This document shows positions 9,543 to 19,252 of a stretch of 64,000 bases of DNA, one piece after another. Every line of letters begins with the position of its first letter. The first letter of the stretch is position 1. The DNA is taken from contig JAKBVU010000001.1 in the NCBI GenBank assembly GCA_021841155.1, positions 10,112 through 74,111 of the forward strand, in the 5' to 3' direction. This DNA comes from a bacterium (GTDB lineage Bacteria; Patescibacteriota; Saccharimonadia; Saccharimonadales; UBA4665). Position numbers and translations under genes: made by a program. The notes under the pieces are model-generated. The model made no database searches. It was not told the DNA's origin and saw only the letters and a list, made by a program, of their open reading frames with translations.

Positions 9543-9835
9543 GTTAAATCTCCGCTTTCAATGGTTGTTTGTACTTTATCAACCTGAGTTTTTAATTCCG
9601 AATGATTCAAAATCTTAGCTAGAACATGACGTTTGCGAGCACTTAATGGTCGAGTTTCAACAATCATAACCTTGTCACCTAATTGAGCTTGATTTTCGGC
9701 ATCATGAGCTAAAAACTTCTTCGTTATAGTAAATTGTTTTTTATATATTGGGTGAGTTTTTTTGTATTCAACACTAACCGTAATAGTTTTATCATTTTTA
9801 GTGGAAGAGACAACACCAATTAAATTCTTTGACAT
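9539..9835 (-). CDS. rpsQ: 30S ribosomal protein S17
   Basis: 98-aa ORF with [17 protein letters not shown]...HPIYKK, S17-like. Position between rpmC and rplN. Confidence 0.92.
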   Translation of the reverse strand: MSKNLIGVVSSTKNDKTITVSVEYKKTHPIYKKQFTITKKFLAHDAENQAQLGDKVMIVETRPLSARKRHVLAKILNHSELKTQVDKVQTTIESGDLT

Positions 9836-10035
9836 TATTCTGTCTCCTTTGCTAATTCATCACTTAAAACTGTTAAAACACGAGCTAAATCTTTACGCTT
9901 CATTTTAACTAATCGTACATTAGTTAATTGACCTAATTTAATCTGTGATTTTAGTGTCATAATTTCATCTCGTAATTTAACGCTTTCTTTCGTTAATTCT
10001 TCAACTGATAATTTTCTAATTTCAACTGTTTTCAT
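9835..10035 (-). CDS. rpmC: 50S ribosomal protein L29
   Basis: 66-aa helical ORF ([27 protein letters not shown]) between rplP and rpsQ. Confidence 0.9.
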   Translation of the reverse strand: MKTVEIRKLSVEELTKESVKLRDEIMTLKSQIKLGQLTNVRLVKMKRKDLARVLTVLSDELAKETE

Positions 10036-10448
10036 TATGAATCCTCACGAGCAATAAATTTAGTCTTAATTGGTAATTTATTAGCCGCTAGTCGCATTGC
10101 TTCACGAGCGACAGCTTCATCAACACCCTGCATTTCAAATAAAACAGTACCAGGTTTAACTTTAGCTGCAAAATATTCAGGATTACCTTTACCGCTACCC
10201 ATTTTGACATCAAGTGGTTTTTTAGTAACTGGCGTATGTGGAAAAATTCTAATCCAAATTTTACCACCTCTTTTGATATGACGAGTCATAGCTTGTCTTG
10301 AGGCTTCAATCTGTCTGGAGGTTATTCTTTCATGCCCAAGAGACATTAGACCATAGTCACCAAAAGCAATAAAATTACCTGATGAAGCATTGCCTCTAAT
10401 TTTACCTTTTCGGACTTTTCTAAATTTAGTTCTGGATGGCATTAACAT
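10035..10448 (-). CDS. rplP: 50S ribosomal protein L16
   Basis: 137-aa ORF starting [19 protein letters not shown], an L16 N-terminus. Confidence 0.95.
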   Translation of the reverse strand: MLMPSRTKFRKVRKGKIRGNASSGNFIAFGDYGLMSLGHERITSRQIEASRQAMTRHIKRGGKIWIRIFPHTPVTKKPLDVKMGSGKGNPEYFAAKVKPGTVLFEMQGVDEAVAREAMRLAANKLPIKTKFIAREDS

Positions 10449-10449
10449 T

Positions 10450-11079
10450 TTAAACTACCTCCCCTTTATAAATCCAAACTTTAATACCGATTAAACCAGC
10501 GATTGTATGAGCATCAACTTTAGCAAAATCAATATTAGCTCTCAGGGTGTGAAGTGGCACAGAACCAGCTACTTCTTTCTCTCGTCTTGACATTTCAGCA
10601 CCGTTTAAACGACCAGATACTTCAATCCTAACACCTTGAGCTCCAGCTTTCATGGCGTTAGAAGAAGCTGATTTAATAGCTCGTCTAAAATTAATTCTTT
10701 TTTCTAATTGGTAAGCAATATTTTGAGCCAATAATTTAGCATATAAATCTGGTTTTTTGAGCTCTTCAATATTAATTTTAACGGATGTAGCATAGATCTT
10801 TTCGATTTCATTCTTTAATTCGTTGGCTCCAACTCCACCTTTACCGATTACTACACCAGCTTTAGCAGTTGAGATAGTGACTGTGACTAGATTTGGGGTC
10901 CGATTAATATCAACACGATTAATAGAAGCTCGAGTACCAAATTTTTTGTCAATAATATTACGAACCGCTAGATCTTGAGACAAGAATTTAGCATAATCAT
11001 TTTTATTAGCAAACCACTTAGAAGACCAATCGTGATTAATTTGTAGTCTCATTGATATTGGATTAACTTTTTGACCCAT
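10450..11079 (-). CDS. rpsC: 30S ribosomal protein S3
   Basis: 209-aa ORF starting [12 protein letters not shown] with a KH domain ([15 protein letters not shown]). Confidence 0.95.
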   Translation of the reverse strand: MGQKVNPISMRLQINHDWSSKWFANKNDYAKFLSQDLAVRNIIDKKFGTRASINRVDINRTPNLVTVTISTAKAGVVIGKGGVGANELKNEIEKIYATSVKINIEELKKPDLYAKLLAQNIAYQLEKRINFRRAIKSASSNAMKAGAQGVRIEVSGRLNGAEMSRREKEVAGSVPLHTLRANIDFAKVDAHTIAGLIGIKVWIYKGEVV

Positions 11080-11486
11080 TACTTTGACTCCTTCTTTGAT
11101 TGATTGACAGATTTAGGGGTACTAGTTTTAGTTGGTTTTTTAACCTCTCTTAAAGTGCCATCAACAATAACTGTAATATGTGACGTTCGTCTTGTGATAC
11201 CATGGGCAATACCTTTAGCTACTGGTCTAATTCTTTTTAGTCTTGGTCCATGATTAACTAAAATTGATTGAATGTATAAACCTTCTGATCGATAACCATG
11301 ATTATGAATTGCATTAGCTTTAGCACTTTCAATAACTTTCTTAACAGCCAATGAACTTTTTGGTCGTGGAGTATTGTTTAAAATCACGACAGCATCTTCA
11401 ATAGTTCGACCACGAACTAAAGATGCCACGACCGAAACTTTACGAGGGCTAATTTTTACTCCATTGGCTATTGCTTTAACAGACAT
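11079..11486 (-). CDS. rplV: 50S ribosomal protein L22
   Basis: 135-aa ORF with ISPRKVSVVASLVRGRTIEDAVVIL, L22-like. Short basic C-terminal tail. Confidence 0.93.
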   Translation of the reverse strand: MSVKAIANGVKISPRKVSVVASLVRGRTIEDAVVILNNTPRPKSSLAVKKVIESAKANAIHNHGYRSEGLYIQSILVNHGPRLKRIRPVAKGIAHGITRRTSHITVIVDGTLREVKKPTKTSTPKSVNQSKKESK

Positions 11487-11495
11487 ATAAATTCC

Positions 11496-11771
11496 TTATT
11501 TCTTTCCTTTGGCTAATTTACCACCATGTGATCTAAATTTTCGAGTTGGAGAAAATTCACCTAATTTATGTCCAACCATATTTTCAGTTATAAATACAGG
11601 TACATGAACTTTTCCGTTATGAATAGCAAAAGTATGGCCGACAAATTCAGGTGAAATAGTACTGGCTCTAGCCCATGTTCTAATAATAGTTCTATCGTCA
11701 CTAGCTAATGCTTCAACTTTTTTAGCTAGTTTAAAATCTACGTATGGTCCTTTTTTTAGTGATCGTGACAT
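11496..11771 (-). CDS. rpsS: 30S ribosomal protein S19
   Basis: 91-aa ORF starting [12 protein letters not shown], with ...[14 protein letters not shown]19 signatures. Confidence 0.95.
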   Translation of the reverse strand: MSRSLKKGPYVDFKLAKKVEALASDDRTIIRTWARASTISPEFVGHTFAIHNGKVHVPVFITENMVGHKLGEFSPTRKFRSHGGKLAKGKK

Positions 11772-11774
11772 AAC

Positions 11775-12629
11775 TTATTTCCTTTTCGCCATATGACGAC
11801 TTCTTATAATAAATTTATTAGACTTTCGAGTATGCCTGGTTTTATAACCAAGAGTTTTTTGTCCCCAAGGAGTTTTAGGAGCCGCGCCATGATTTTTACC
11901 ACCACCAATACCGTGACGACCACCGTCACCGCCTCCATGTGGGTGATCAACAGCATTCATAACTACACCACGAACCGATGGTCTGATACCACGATGACGA
12001 CTCGATCCAGCTTTTCCAATTTTTACATTTTGATGCTGTTCATTGCCAACAACACCGATTGAGGCTTGACAGTCTTGATGAATTAATCTCATTTCACCAC
12101 TCGGTAGTCTAACTTGAGCATAATTATTATCTAAGCCCATTAACTGAGCACTAGTACCAGCCGATCTAACTAATTGACCACCATGATTCTTAGTAAGCTC
12201 AATATTATAAATCGTGCTACCAACAGGAATATCTTTTAAACAAAGTCGATTACCATTTTCAATAGGTATATCTTGACCAGTTTTAATAATTTGACCGATT
12301 TTAAAATTAGCAGCAGCCACAATATAATGATACTTTCCTGCCTCATCTTTTAACCGAGCTATTCTAGCACTACGATTTGGATCATATTCAATATGTTCAA
12401 TAGTTCCAGTAAAATTATTAGGTAACTTAAAATCAACTTTTCGATAATAAACCCGATTACCACCACCTTGGTGTCGAGTTGTAATGCGACCCTGATTATT
12501 ACGACCTGAATGCTTCTTCTTAATAACTAGTAAACTTCTAACTGGTTTCTTAGTCGTGATATCTGAAAAATCTTGAGTCGTTTTGCCTCTTAAAGCCGGA
12601 CTAGTTGGATTATAATACTTAAGGGCCAT
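11775..12629 (-). CDS. rplB: 50S ribosomal protein L2
   Basis: 284-aa ORF with MNAVDHPHGGGDGG and the SH3-like core of L2. Confidence 0.95.
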   Translation of the reverse strand: MALKYYNPTSPALRGKTTQDFSDITTKKPVRSLLVIKKKHSGRNNQGRITTRHQGGGNRVYYRKVDFKLPNNFTGTIEHIEYDPNRSARIARLKDEAGKYHYIVAAANFKIGQIIKTGQDIPIENGNRLCLKDIPVGSTIYNIELTKNHGGQLVRSAGTSAQLMGLDNNYAQVRLPSGEMRLIHQDCQASIGVVGNEQHQNVKIGKAGSSRHRGIRPSVRGVVMNAVDHPHGGGDGGRHGIGGGKNHGAAPKTPWGQKTLGYKTRHTRKSNKFIIRSRHMAKRK

Positions 12630-12633
12630 CTGA

Positions 12634-13065
12634 TTATTCCTTTTCCTTAGACTTACGATTACCTAAAATTTTTCGAGGTTTCTTTTCTGATTTCTTTAAT
12701 TCTTTCTCGGCAATTTTATCAAAATTTTTCTGAGCTTTTTCTTCTTTTTTAGTTTCTTCTTCAATAGCATCAAAAATTGGAATTTTAAAGCCTTCTTTAA
12801 GATAGACAAAAGCTCGTTTAGTATTATTACGATAACCAAATTGATTTGATTGTCGCTTACCCGTAATCGACATAACTCTTTTTTTCTTGCCTTTTAAATT
12901 AGTAATATTAACATCTTTGACTTCAACGTTATAGTTTTTTTCAATCGTTTTAGTAATCTCAATTTTATTATAATTTTTAGAGACCGAGAAGACATAACAA
13001 TTTCTTTTTAAGGAGAGTTGGTAAGATTTTTCACTTAAAACTGGAATAATAGACAAACTATTCAT
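12634..13065 (-). CDS. rplW: 50S ribosomal protein L23 with a ~45-aa Lys/Glu-rich C-terminal tail
   Basis: 143-aa ORF between rplD and rplB. The L23 core ends near ...RAFVYLKEGFKIPIF. The tail EEETKKEEKAQKNFDKIAEKELKKSEKKPRK... is encoded at 12637..12771. Confidence 0.88.
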   Translation of the reverse strand: MNSLSIIPVLSEKSYQLSLKRNCYVFSVSKNYNKIEITKTIEKNYNVEVKDVNITNLKGKKKRVMSITGKRQSNQFGYRNNTKRAFVYLKEGFKIPIFDAIEEETKKEEKAQKNFDKIAEKELKKSEKKPRKILGNRKSKEKE

Positions 13066-13711
13066 CGATTTGCTCCTTTGAAGAGTCTAGCCATTGATTT
13101 AAAATCTCTAGAGCTGATTTTTCTATAACAATATTGTCAGCGTTTAAAAGATTAAAAGCATTAATGTATCGAGCACTAACTATTTTGACATTAGGGATAT
13201 TACGAAATGCTAAATCGAGATTTTGACTATGAGCTTGAACGACTAATAAAATATTTCCTTTAAGACCTAAGTTAGCAATTAAATTCAAACCATTTTTTAT
13301 ACTAATAGATTTAAAATCGATATCGTTAACAATAACAATATTCTTGTTTTGATATTTATCAGATAAAGCTAATCTAATAGCTAGTCGTTTAGTTTTAATA
13401 TTAATTTTACGGCTAAAATTTTCATAACCAGTTGGCCCAAAAACAATACCACCACCACGCCAGATTGGATTTCTAGTTGATCCAAACCTAGCCTTGCCTA
13501 AACCTTTTTGTCTCCAAGGTTTACGACCGCCTCCAGAAACTAAACCACGAGTTTTAGTTTGAGCGTAATTATCTCTTTGGTTGGCTAGATGAGCTAAATA
13601 AGCTTCTTTTAAAACAACATGGTTGAGCTCTTTAATACCGAAAATATTATCTGAAATCTGGACCTTTTCAGTTGTTTTTTTACCTTTTTGGTCATAAATT
13701 ACACTAGTCAT
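13058..13711 (-). CDS. rplD: 50S ribosomal protein L4
   Basis: 217-aa ORF with GGGRKPWRQKGLGKARFGSTRNPIWRGGG, an L4 signature. Confidence 0.95.
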   Translation of the reverse strand: MTSVIYDQKGKKTTEKVQISDNIFGIKELNHVVLKEAYLAHLANQRDNYAQTKTRGLVSGGGRKPWRQKGLGKARFGSTRNPIWRGGGIVFGPTGYENFSRKINIKTKRLAIRLALSDKYQNKNIVIVNDIDFKSISIKNGLNLIANLGLKGNILLVVQAHSQNLDLAFRNIPNVKIVSARYINAFNLLNADNIVIEKSALEILNQWLDSSKEQIDE

Positions 13712-14318
13712 TTTGAATTCCTTTGACTAAGACTAAGCCTTTTTTAGGTCCTGGCACAGAACCAGTTACGCCAATTACTTTTAATTCAGGATCAATTAAT
13801 TTAATGGTCAAATTTTTAACTGTCACTAATTCATGTCCCATACGACCAGCCATTTTTTTACCTTTAAAAATTTTTTGAGGAAACATTGAACCAATCGATC
13901 CGGGACGACGATAACTACCACCACCATGGGTTTTACGACCACGATGAAAATTGTGTCGTTTAATTGTGCCGGCAAAACCTTTACCTTTTGAAACTGACTG
14001 CACGTTGACAACATCATTCAATTTAAAAACATTAACATCAAAAACAGTCCCTAATTCAACTTGTTCTTCCTGATTTAATCGATACTCTTTTAAAGTTTTA
14101 GCATTAAAATTTATCTTTTTTAAATGACCAGCTTGAGGTTTAGTATTTTTTTTAGTTTCTTCAGCGGCAACTTGGACAGCAGAATAGCCATCATTTTCAA
14201 CGGTTTTAACTTGACTAACTTTTTGATCTGGCACAAATAATAAAGTAATAACCTCAACACTACCATCTTCAGCAATAGTATTGGTCATTCCTAATTTTCT
14301 AGTGATTAATTGTGACAT
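13704..14318 (-). CDS. rplC: 50S ribosomal protein L3
   Basis: 204-aa ORF with KGKGFAGTIKRHNFHRGRKTHGG, an L3 signature. Confidence 0.95.
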   Translation of the reverse strand: MSQLITRKLGMTNTIAEDGSVEVITLLFVPDQKVSQVKTVENDGYSAVQVAAEETKKNTKPQAGHLKKINFNAKTLKEYRLNQEEQVELGTVFDVNVFKLNDVVNVQSVSKGKGFAGTIKRHNFHRGRKTHGGGSYRRPGSIGSMFPQKIFKGKKMAGRMGHELVTVKNLTIKLIDPELKVIGVTGSVPGPKKGLVLVKGIQND

Positions 14319-14383
14319 ATTTATGATCTCATTTTAATATTAATAATACTCTGGCTAATTAATCGGTATCATTTTCATGACCT

Positions 14384-14405
14384 AATACAAAAAGCCTTTT
14401 GTATT
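14384..14405 (-). other. 9-bp AT-rich hairpin in the rpsJ-rplC spacer
   Basis: Coding strand reads AATACAAAA-ggct-TTTTGTATT, perfect arms with a 4-nt loop and no following T-tract. It lies inside an unusually long 156-nt gap between S10 and L3. Confidence 0.35.
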
Positions 14406-14426
14406 AATCAAACAGATTGATACAAG

Positions 14427-14454
14427 AGTATCACAGAACTAACACATCTGTCAA
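14427..14454 (-). promoter_or_regulatory. Possible internal promoter upstream of rplC
   Basis: Coding strand reads TTGACA (14454..14449), a 16-nt spacer, then TGtGATACT (extended -10, hexamer at 14432..14427). The -10 is weak. Confidence 0.3.
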
Positions 14455-14474
14455 ACTGTTGTGTAAACAACAAG

Positions 14475-14804
14475 TTACATTTTGATTTCAACGTCACAAC
14501 CAGCTGGTAAAGATAAGCTCATTAGTGAGTCGACTGTTTTTGTGGTTGGTTCAAGAACGTCAATCAGTCTTTTATGAGTTCTCATCTCGAATTGCTCACG
14601 ACTTTTTTTGTAAATAAACGGACTTTTAATAACCGTAAAAACATTCTTTTTTGTTGGGAGTGGAATAGGACCAGCCAATGAAGCACCAGTCCTTAAAGCA
14701 GTATCAACAATTTGTTTAGAAGCTTGGTCGATCACTTTGTGATCGTAAGCTTTTAATCTAATTCTAATTCGTTGTTTTTGAACTTGCTTTTTACTATCTT
14801 CCAC
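14475..14804 (-). CDS. rpsJ: 30S ribosomal protein S10
   Basis: 109-aa ORF with [15 protein letters not shown], an S10 signature. The start codon is GTG (cac at 14802..14804), with AAAGGAA upstream. Confidence 0.92.
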   Translation of the reverse strand: MEDSKKQVQKQRIRIRLKAYDHKVIDQASKQIVDTALRTGASLAGPIPLPTKKNVFTVIKSPFIYKKSREQFEMRTHKRLIDVLEPTTKTVDSLMSLSLPAGCDVEIKM

Positions 14805-14828
14805 TTGATTCCTTTATTTAATAACTTG

Positions 14829-14857
14829 ATTTTACAATATTTATTTAATTTAGGCAA
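14829..14857 (-). promoter_or_regulatory. Possible promoter for the S10 operon
   Basis: Coding strand reads TTGCCT (14857..14852), a 17-nt spacer, then TAAAAT (14834..14829). A ~24-nt leader with an SD follows. Confidence 0.35.
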
Positions 14858-14866
14858 TTATTAAAT

Positions 14867-16051
14867 CTATTTAACAATTTTAGTAACAACACCAGCTCCA
14901 ACGGTTTTACCACCTTCTCGGATAGCAAATCTCAACCCTTGATCCATAGCAATTGGAGCCAGTAATTTAACCTTAAAAGTAACTGTATCTCCGGGCATAA
15001 CCATTTCTTTATCAGCTGGTAATTCAACTTCACCAGTTACATCTGTAGTTCGGAAATAAAATTGTGGTTTGTATCCCTTAAAGAAAGGAGTGTGTCGACC
15101 ACCTTCTTCTTTAGTTAAAATATAAACTTCAGAATCAAATTCAGTATGAGGTGTAATTGAACCAGGCTTAGCTAAAACTTGACCACGTTCAATATCATTT
15201 CGTTCAATACCTCGCAATAAGACACCGGCGTTATCTCCAGCTTGACCCTGATCAAGACTTTTCTTAAAAGCTTCGATACCAGTCACAACAGATTTTCGAG
15301 AAGGCTTAATACCAACGATTTCAACTTCCTCGTTAATTTTAACAATACCTGACTCAATTCTTCCAGTAGCAACTGTACCACGACCTTTAATCGAAAAAAC
15401 ATCTTCTATTGGCATTAAGAATGGTTTATCTAATTCTCTTTTAGGTTCAGGAATATAATCATCCATAGCTTCAACTAAGGCCATAATAGCATCTTGGCTT
15501 TCTTTATCACCTTCCATAGCTTTAGTAGCAGATCCACGTATAATTGGAGCATCTTTGTCGAAACCATTCTTTTCTAGTAATTCACGAATTTCTTCTTCAA
15601 CTAAATCAACTAATTCAGGATCAGCAAGATCCATTTTATTTAAGAAAACTAAAATTTTAGGCACACCAACCTGACGAGCCAACAAAACATGTTCTCGAGT
15701 TTGAGGCATTGGACCGTCAGCAGCTGAAACGACTAAAATAGCTCCATCGATCTGAGCAGCACCTGTAATCATATTCTTAACATAATCAGCATGTCCAGGC
15801 ATATCAACGTGAGCATAATGTCTTTTTGCACTTTCATATTCAGTATGAGAAGTAGAAATAGTAATACCTCTTTGTCGCTCTTCTGGAGCTTTATCTATTT
15901 CATCATAAGCAACTGCCTTATTAATATCACTAGGTAATCTCTCAGATAAAATTTTAGTGATTGCCGCCGTTAAACTTGTTTTACCATGATCAACATGACC
16001 CATGGTTCCAACATTTACGTGAGGTTTAGTACGATCGAATTGTACAGCCAT
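14867..16051 (-). CDS. tuf: Elongation factor Tu
   Basis: 394-aa ORF with [13 protein letters not shown] and NKMD GTPase motifs. AAGGAG SD. Confidence 0.97.
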   Translation of the reverse strand: MAVQFDRTKPHVNVGTMGHVDHGKTSLTAAITKILSERLPSDINKAVAYDEIDKAPEERQRGITISTSHTEYESAKRHYAHVDMPGHADYVKNMITGAAQIDGAILVVSAADGPMPQTREHVLLARQVGVPKILVFLNKMDLADPELVDLVEEEIRELLEKNGFDKDAPIIRGSATKAMEGDKESQDAIMALVEAMDDYIPEPKRELDKPFLMPIEDVFSIKGRGTVATGRIESGIVKINEEVEIVGIKPSRKSVVTGIEAFKKSLDQGQAGDNAGVLLRGIERNDIERGQVLAKPGSITPHTEFDSEVYILTKEEGGRHTPFFKGYKPQFYFRTTDVTGEVELPADKEMVMPGDTVTFKVKLLAPIAMDQGLRFAIREGGKTVGAGVVTKIVK

Positions 16052-16129
16052 TGTTTATTCTCCTTAATTAAAAATTTTATTAGCCAATCTTTTGCATCAG
16101 ACACTCAATCTCACGCAAAGTGATATCTT

Positions 16130-16159
16130 AGTATAAGATAAAAATATTACTTTTGTAAA
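16130..16159 (-). promoter_or_regulatory. Possible tuf-proximal promoter
   Basis: Coding strand reads TTTACA (16159..16154), an 18-nt spacer, then TATACT (16135..16130), in the 111-nt fusA-tuf gap. Confidence 0.3.
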
Positions 16160-16162
16160 GAT

Positions 16163-18250
16163 CTATCTAGCATTTTTTGCAATAATTGCTTCCGTCACAT
16201 TATTTGGTACTTCAGCGTAGTGATCTAATTCCATTGAAGAACTAGCTCGACCTTGAGTCATTGACCTTAAACTAGTGGTATAACCAAACATCTCACCAAG
16301 TGGTACAAAAGCAGTAATTTCCTTAATACCACTATTTAAATCCTCCATGGACTCAACGCGACCACGCTTACTATTCAAGTCACCAATTACATCACCCATA
16401 AATTGTTCTGGTGTAACGACTACAATTTTCATAACTGGTTCCAACAAAATAGGTGAAGCATTTTTAACGCCACTAGTCAAAGCCATCGAACCAGCAATCT
16501 TAAAAGCTAATTCAGACGAATCGACATCATGATAAGATCCATCATACAATTCGGCTACAATATCAACAACTGGATAACCAGCTAATACGCCATTATTCAT
16601 AGCTTCTTTAATACCTTGCTCAACTGGTTTAATATATTCAGCCGGTACAACACCACCCTTAATAGAGTTAATAAACTTAAAGCCGGCTCCTTGTTCGTTG
16701 GGTGATAAACGTAACCAAACGTCACCATATTGACCACGACCACCAGATTGTCGAATAAATTTACCTTGAACCTCAACATTAGATTTTTTAATTGTCTCTC
16801 TATAAGCTACTTGAGGTTGACCAATGTTAGCTTCAACTGAAAATTCTCGTTTCATTCTATCAACCAGTATTTCTAAGTGTAATTCACCCATACCATTTAA
16901 GATAGTTTGTCCGGTTTCTTCATTAACGTTAATTTTAAAGGTTGGATCTTCCTCAGCTAAACGTTGCAGAGCTAAACTCATTTTTTCTTGGTCGGCTTTA
17001 GTTTTAGGTTCAATCGCAATTGAAACAGGTGGCTCAGGAAACTTAATACTTTCTAACAAAATTGGATGAGTTAGTTCACAGAGGGTATTACCGGTTGTAG
17101 TGCCCTTCAAACCAACTATGGCAGCAATATCACCAGCTACAACTTCATTGACGTCTTCACGTTTATCAGCTTGCATTCTAACAATACGACCAACCCGTTC
17201 TTTTTCACCCGTTGAGGAATTAAGAATATAACTACCAGCTAATATTTTACCGGAATAAACTCTAAAATAAGCTAATTTTCCGACAAAAGGGTCGGTGGCA
17301 ATTTTAAAAGCTAAAGCAGCGAATGGTTGATTGATATCAGGTTTACGTTCAATCTCTGATAAATCTTTAGGATTAACACCCCATGTTGATTGTTTATCAA
17401 GGGGACTCGGCAAAAAATCAACCACACTATCTAATAATTTCTCAACGATAACACCTCGACCATCACCACCGGTGACAACATAAAATTTACCGTTTAAAAC
17501 AGCTTGTCGAACTGCATGACGAATTTCTTCTTCACTTAAACCATCTTCACCAACTTCGAAATATCTTTCTAACATTGACTCGTCTTCACTAACAGCATTT
17601 TCAATTAATAATGATCGATATTTTTTAGCTTCGTCTAACATATCGGCCGGAATTTCTCCAACCTTTAACTCGTGGTCAGTAAAATTATTATATGTATAGG
17701 CTTTCATAGTGATCAAATCAACTACACCATTAATTGATTGTTCAAAACCAATCGGTAAATGAATTGGAAAGGCTCTTTTAGATAAACGAGCGTGAATTGA
17801 TTCTAATGATTTATAGAAATCTCCACCAGTTTGATTAATCTTGTTAATAAAACAAATCCTTGGTACAGAATATTTATCAGCTTGTCGCCAAACAGTTTCG
17901 GATTGACTTTCAACACCCATTTTACCATCAAAAACAACACAAGCTCCATCTAATACTCTTAAAGAACGTTCCACTTCAACCGTAAAATCGATATGTCCAG
18001 GAGTATCAATAATATTAATTTGATGGTCTTTCCAATAACAAGTTACAGCAGCTGAAACAATAGTAATGCCTCTCTCGCGTTCTTGAGCCATCCAGTCAGT
18101 TGTAGTTTCACCTTCATGAACAGCACCAATTTTATGCTTTAAGCCCGTTCGATATAAAATACCTTCGGTAGTAGTTGTCTTACCGGCGTCAATATGAGCA
18201 ATAATACCAATATTACGTAGTTTATCAATTTGATATTTTTTTTCAGCCAT
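16163..18250 (-). CDS. fusA: Elongation factor G
   Basis: 695-aa ORF with AHIDAGKTT, DTPGH and NKIN motifs. Canonical rpsL-rpsG-fusA-tuf order. Confidence 0.97.
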   Translation of the reverse strand: MAEKKYQIDKLRNIGIIAHIDAGKTTTTEGILYRTGLKHKIGAVHEGETTTDWMAQERERGITIVSAAVTCYWKDHQINIIDTPGHIDFTVEVERSLRVLDGACVVFDGKMGVESQSETVWRQADKYSVPRICFINKINQTGGDFYKSLESIHARLSKRAFPIHLPIGFEQSINGVVDLITMKAYTYNNFTDHELKVGEIPADMLDEAKKYRSLLIENAVSEDESMLERYFEVGEDGLSEEEIRHAVRQAVLNGKFYVVTGGDGRGVIVEKLLDSVVDFLPSPLDKQSTWGVNPKDLSEIERKPDINQPFAALAFKIATDPFVGKLAYFRVYSGKILAGSYILNSSTGEKERVGRIVRMQADKREDVNEVVAGDIAAIVGLKGTTTGNTLCELTHPILLESIKFPEPPVSIAIEPKTKADQEKMSLALQRLAEEDPTFKINVNEETGQTILNGMGELHLEILVDRMKREFSVEANIGQPQVAYRETIKKSNVEVQGKFIRQSGGRGQYGDVWLRLSPNEQGAGFKFINSIKGGVVPAEYIKPVEQGIKEAMNNGVLAGYPVVDIVAELYDGSYHDVDSSELAFKIAGSMALTSGVKNASPILLEPVMKIVVVTPEQFMGDVIGDLNSKRGRVESMEDLNSGIKEITAFVPLGEMFGYTTSLRSMTQGRASSSMELDHYAEVPNNVTEAIIAKNAR

Positions 18251-18279
18251 AAATTTCCTATTAAATTATTATTTTTTGT

Positions 18280-18762
18280 TTAAGACATACGTGCAAAATG
18301 AGCAAAAGCCCGATTAGCTTCGGCCATTTTATGAGTATCTTCTTTCTTTTTGACTGCAGCTCCTTGATTATTGTAAGCATCGCAAAATTCTGCAGACATC
18401 GCTTCGATACTATTAGTGCCTTTTCGAGCTCTAAAAGCTGCAACAAACCACATAATAGTTAGATGTGTTTTTCTTTGAGGGTTAACTTCAAATGGTATCT
18501 GATAATTAGCTCCACCAATTCTTCTAGAGCGAGTTTCGACGTGCGGTTCAATATTTTTCATCGCTTGAGCAAAAACATCAAATGGGTTATCTACCTTTAA
18601 CTTTTTAGCTGATAATTCAAGACTCTTATAAACTAAATTTTCGGCTAAACTTTTTTTACCTTCAAGCATAACACGATTGATTAAGCGTTGAACCTTAACA
18701 TCATTATAAATACGATCCGGTCTAATTGGTCGAATTAATGATTTGTTTTTTTTACGCGGCAT
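18280..18762 (-). CDS. rpsG: 30S ribosomal protein S7
   Basis: 160-aa ORF, S7-like (...VETRSRRIGGANYQIP...). Abuts the rpsL stop. Confidence 0.95.
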   Translation of the reverse strand: MPRKKNKSLIRPIRPDRIYNDVKVQRLINRVMLEGKKSLAENLVYKSLELSAKKLKVDNPFDVFAQAMKNIEPHVETRSRRIGGANYQIPFEVNPQRKTHLTIMWFVAAFRARKGTNSIEAMSAEFCDAYNNQGAAVKKKEDTHKMAEANRAFAHFARMS

Positions 18763-19176
18763 CTACTTTTTCTCCTTAGAAGTACCATACTTAGAACGAC
18801 CTTGTTTACGATCATTAACCCCTTGAAGATCTAATGAACCTCTTACTATATGATATCTAACACCTGGTAAATCTTTAACTCGACCACCTCTAACTAAAAC
18901 AACTGCATGTTCTTGTAAATTATGACCTTCACCACCAATATAAGCCCATACTTCATAACCATTAGTTAATCTCACTCTAGCCACCTTACGTAATGCTGAG
19001 TTTGGTTTCTTAGGAGTTTTGGTTGTAACCCTAACACAAACACCTCTTTTAAATGGTGAGTGTTTATCGTAATTTATGGTTTTTAAATTATTGGTTACTC
19101 TCAAAAGAGCTGGAGATTTAGTTTTCTGGCTAATCTTAACTCTAGGTTTTCGGACTAATTGATTAATGGTTGGCAT
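18763..19176 (-). CDS. rpsL: 30S ribosomal protein S12
   Basis: 137-aa ORF starting [12 protein letters not shown], with ...[16 protein letters not shown]12 signatures. AGGAG SD. Confidence 0.96.
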   Translation of the reverse strand: MPTINQLVRKPRVKISQKTKSPALLRVTNNLKTINYDKHSPFKRGVCVRVTTKTPKKPNSALRKVARVRLTNGYEVWAYIGGEGHNLQEHAVVLVRGGRVKDLPGVRYHIVRGSLDLQGVNDRKQGRSKYGTSKEKK

Positions 19177-19207
19177 GTAACTCCTATTGATGAAACTTAA
19201 TTTCTTA

Positions 19208-19237
19208 ATATTATTAGATAATGTTTAAAATATTCAA
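19208..19237 (-). promoter_or_regulatory. Possible promoter upstream of rpsL
   Basis: Coding strand reads TTGAAT (19237..19232), an 18-nt spacer, then TAATAT (19213..19208), in the 76-nt rpoC-rpsL gap. Confidence 0.3.
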
Positions 19238-19252
19238 TTTAGATTAACAGAA

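Noticed and set aside
11793-12062. 89-aa plus-strand ORF antisense to rplB
   Set aside because: It is a shadow ORF opposite the conserved L2 C-terminus, with Thr/Ser-rich nonsense composition.
13826-14017. 63-aa alternative-frame ORF inside rplC
   Set aside because: It is nested in L3 on the same strand in another frame, with a Val/Lys-rich artefactual sequence.
16347-17069. Three short ORFs (16347..16532 +, 16597..16779 -, 16824..17069 +) within fusA
   Set aside because: All lie inside or antisense to the EF-G coding sequence, with no independent signals.
18261-18446. 61-aa alternative-frame ORF overlapping the rpsG 3' end
   Set aside because: It is nested in S7 and the intergenic tail. 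No SD and no recognisable product.
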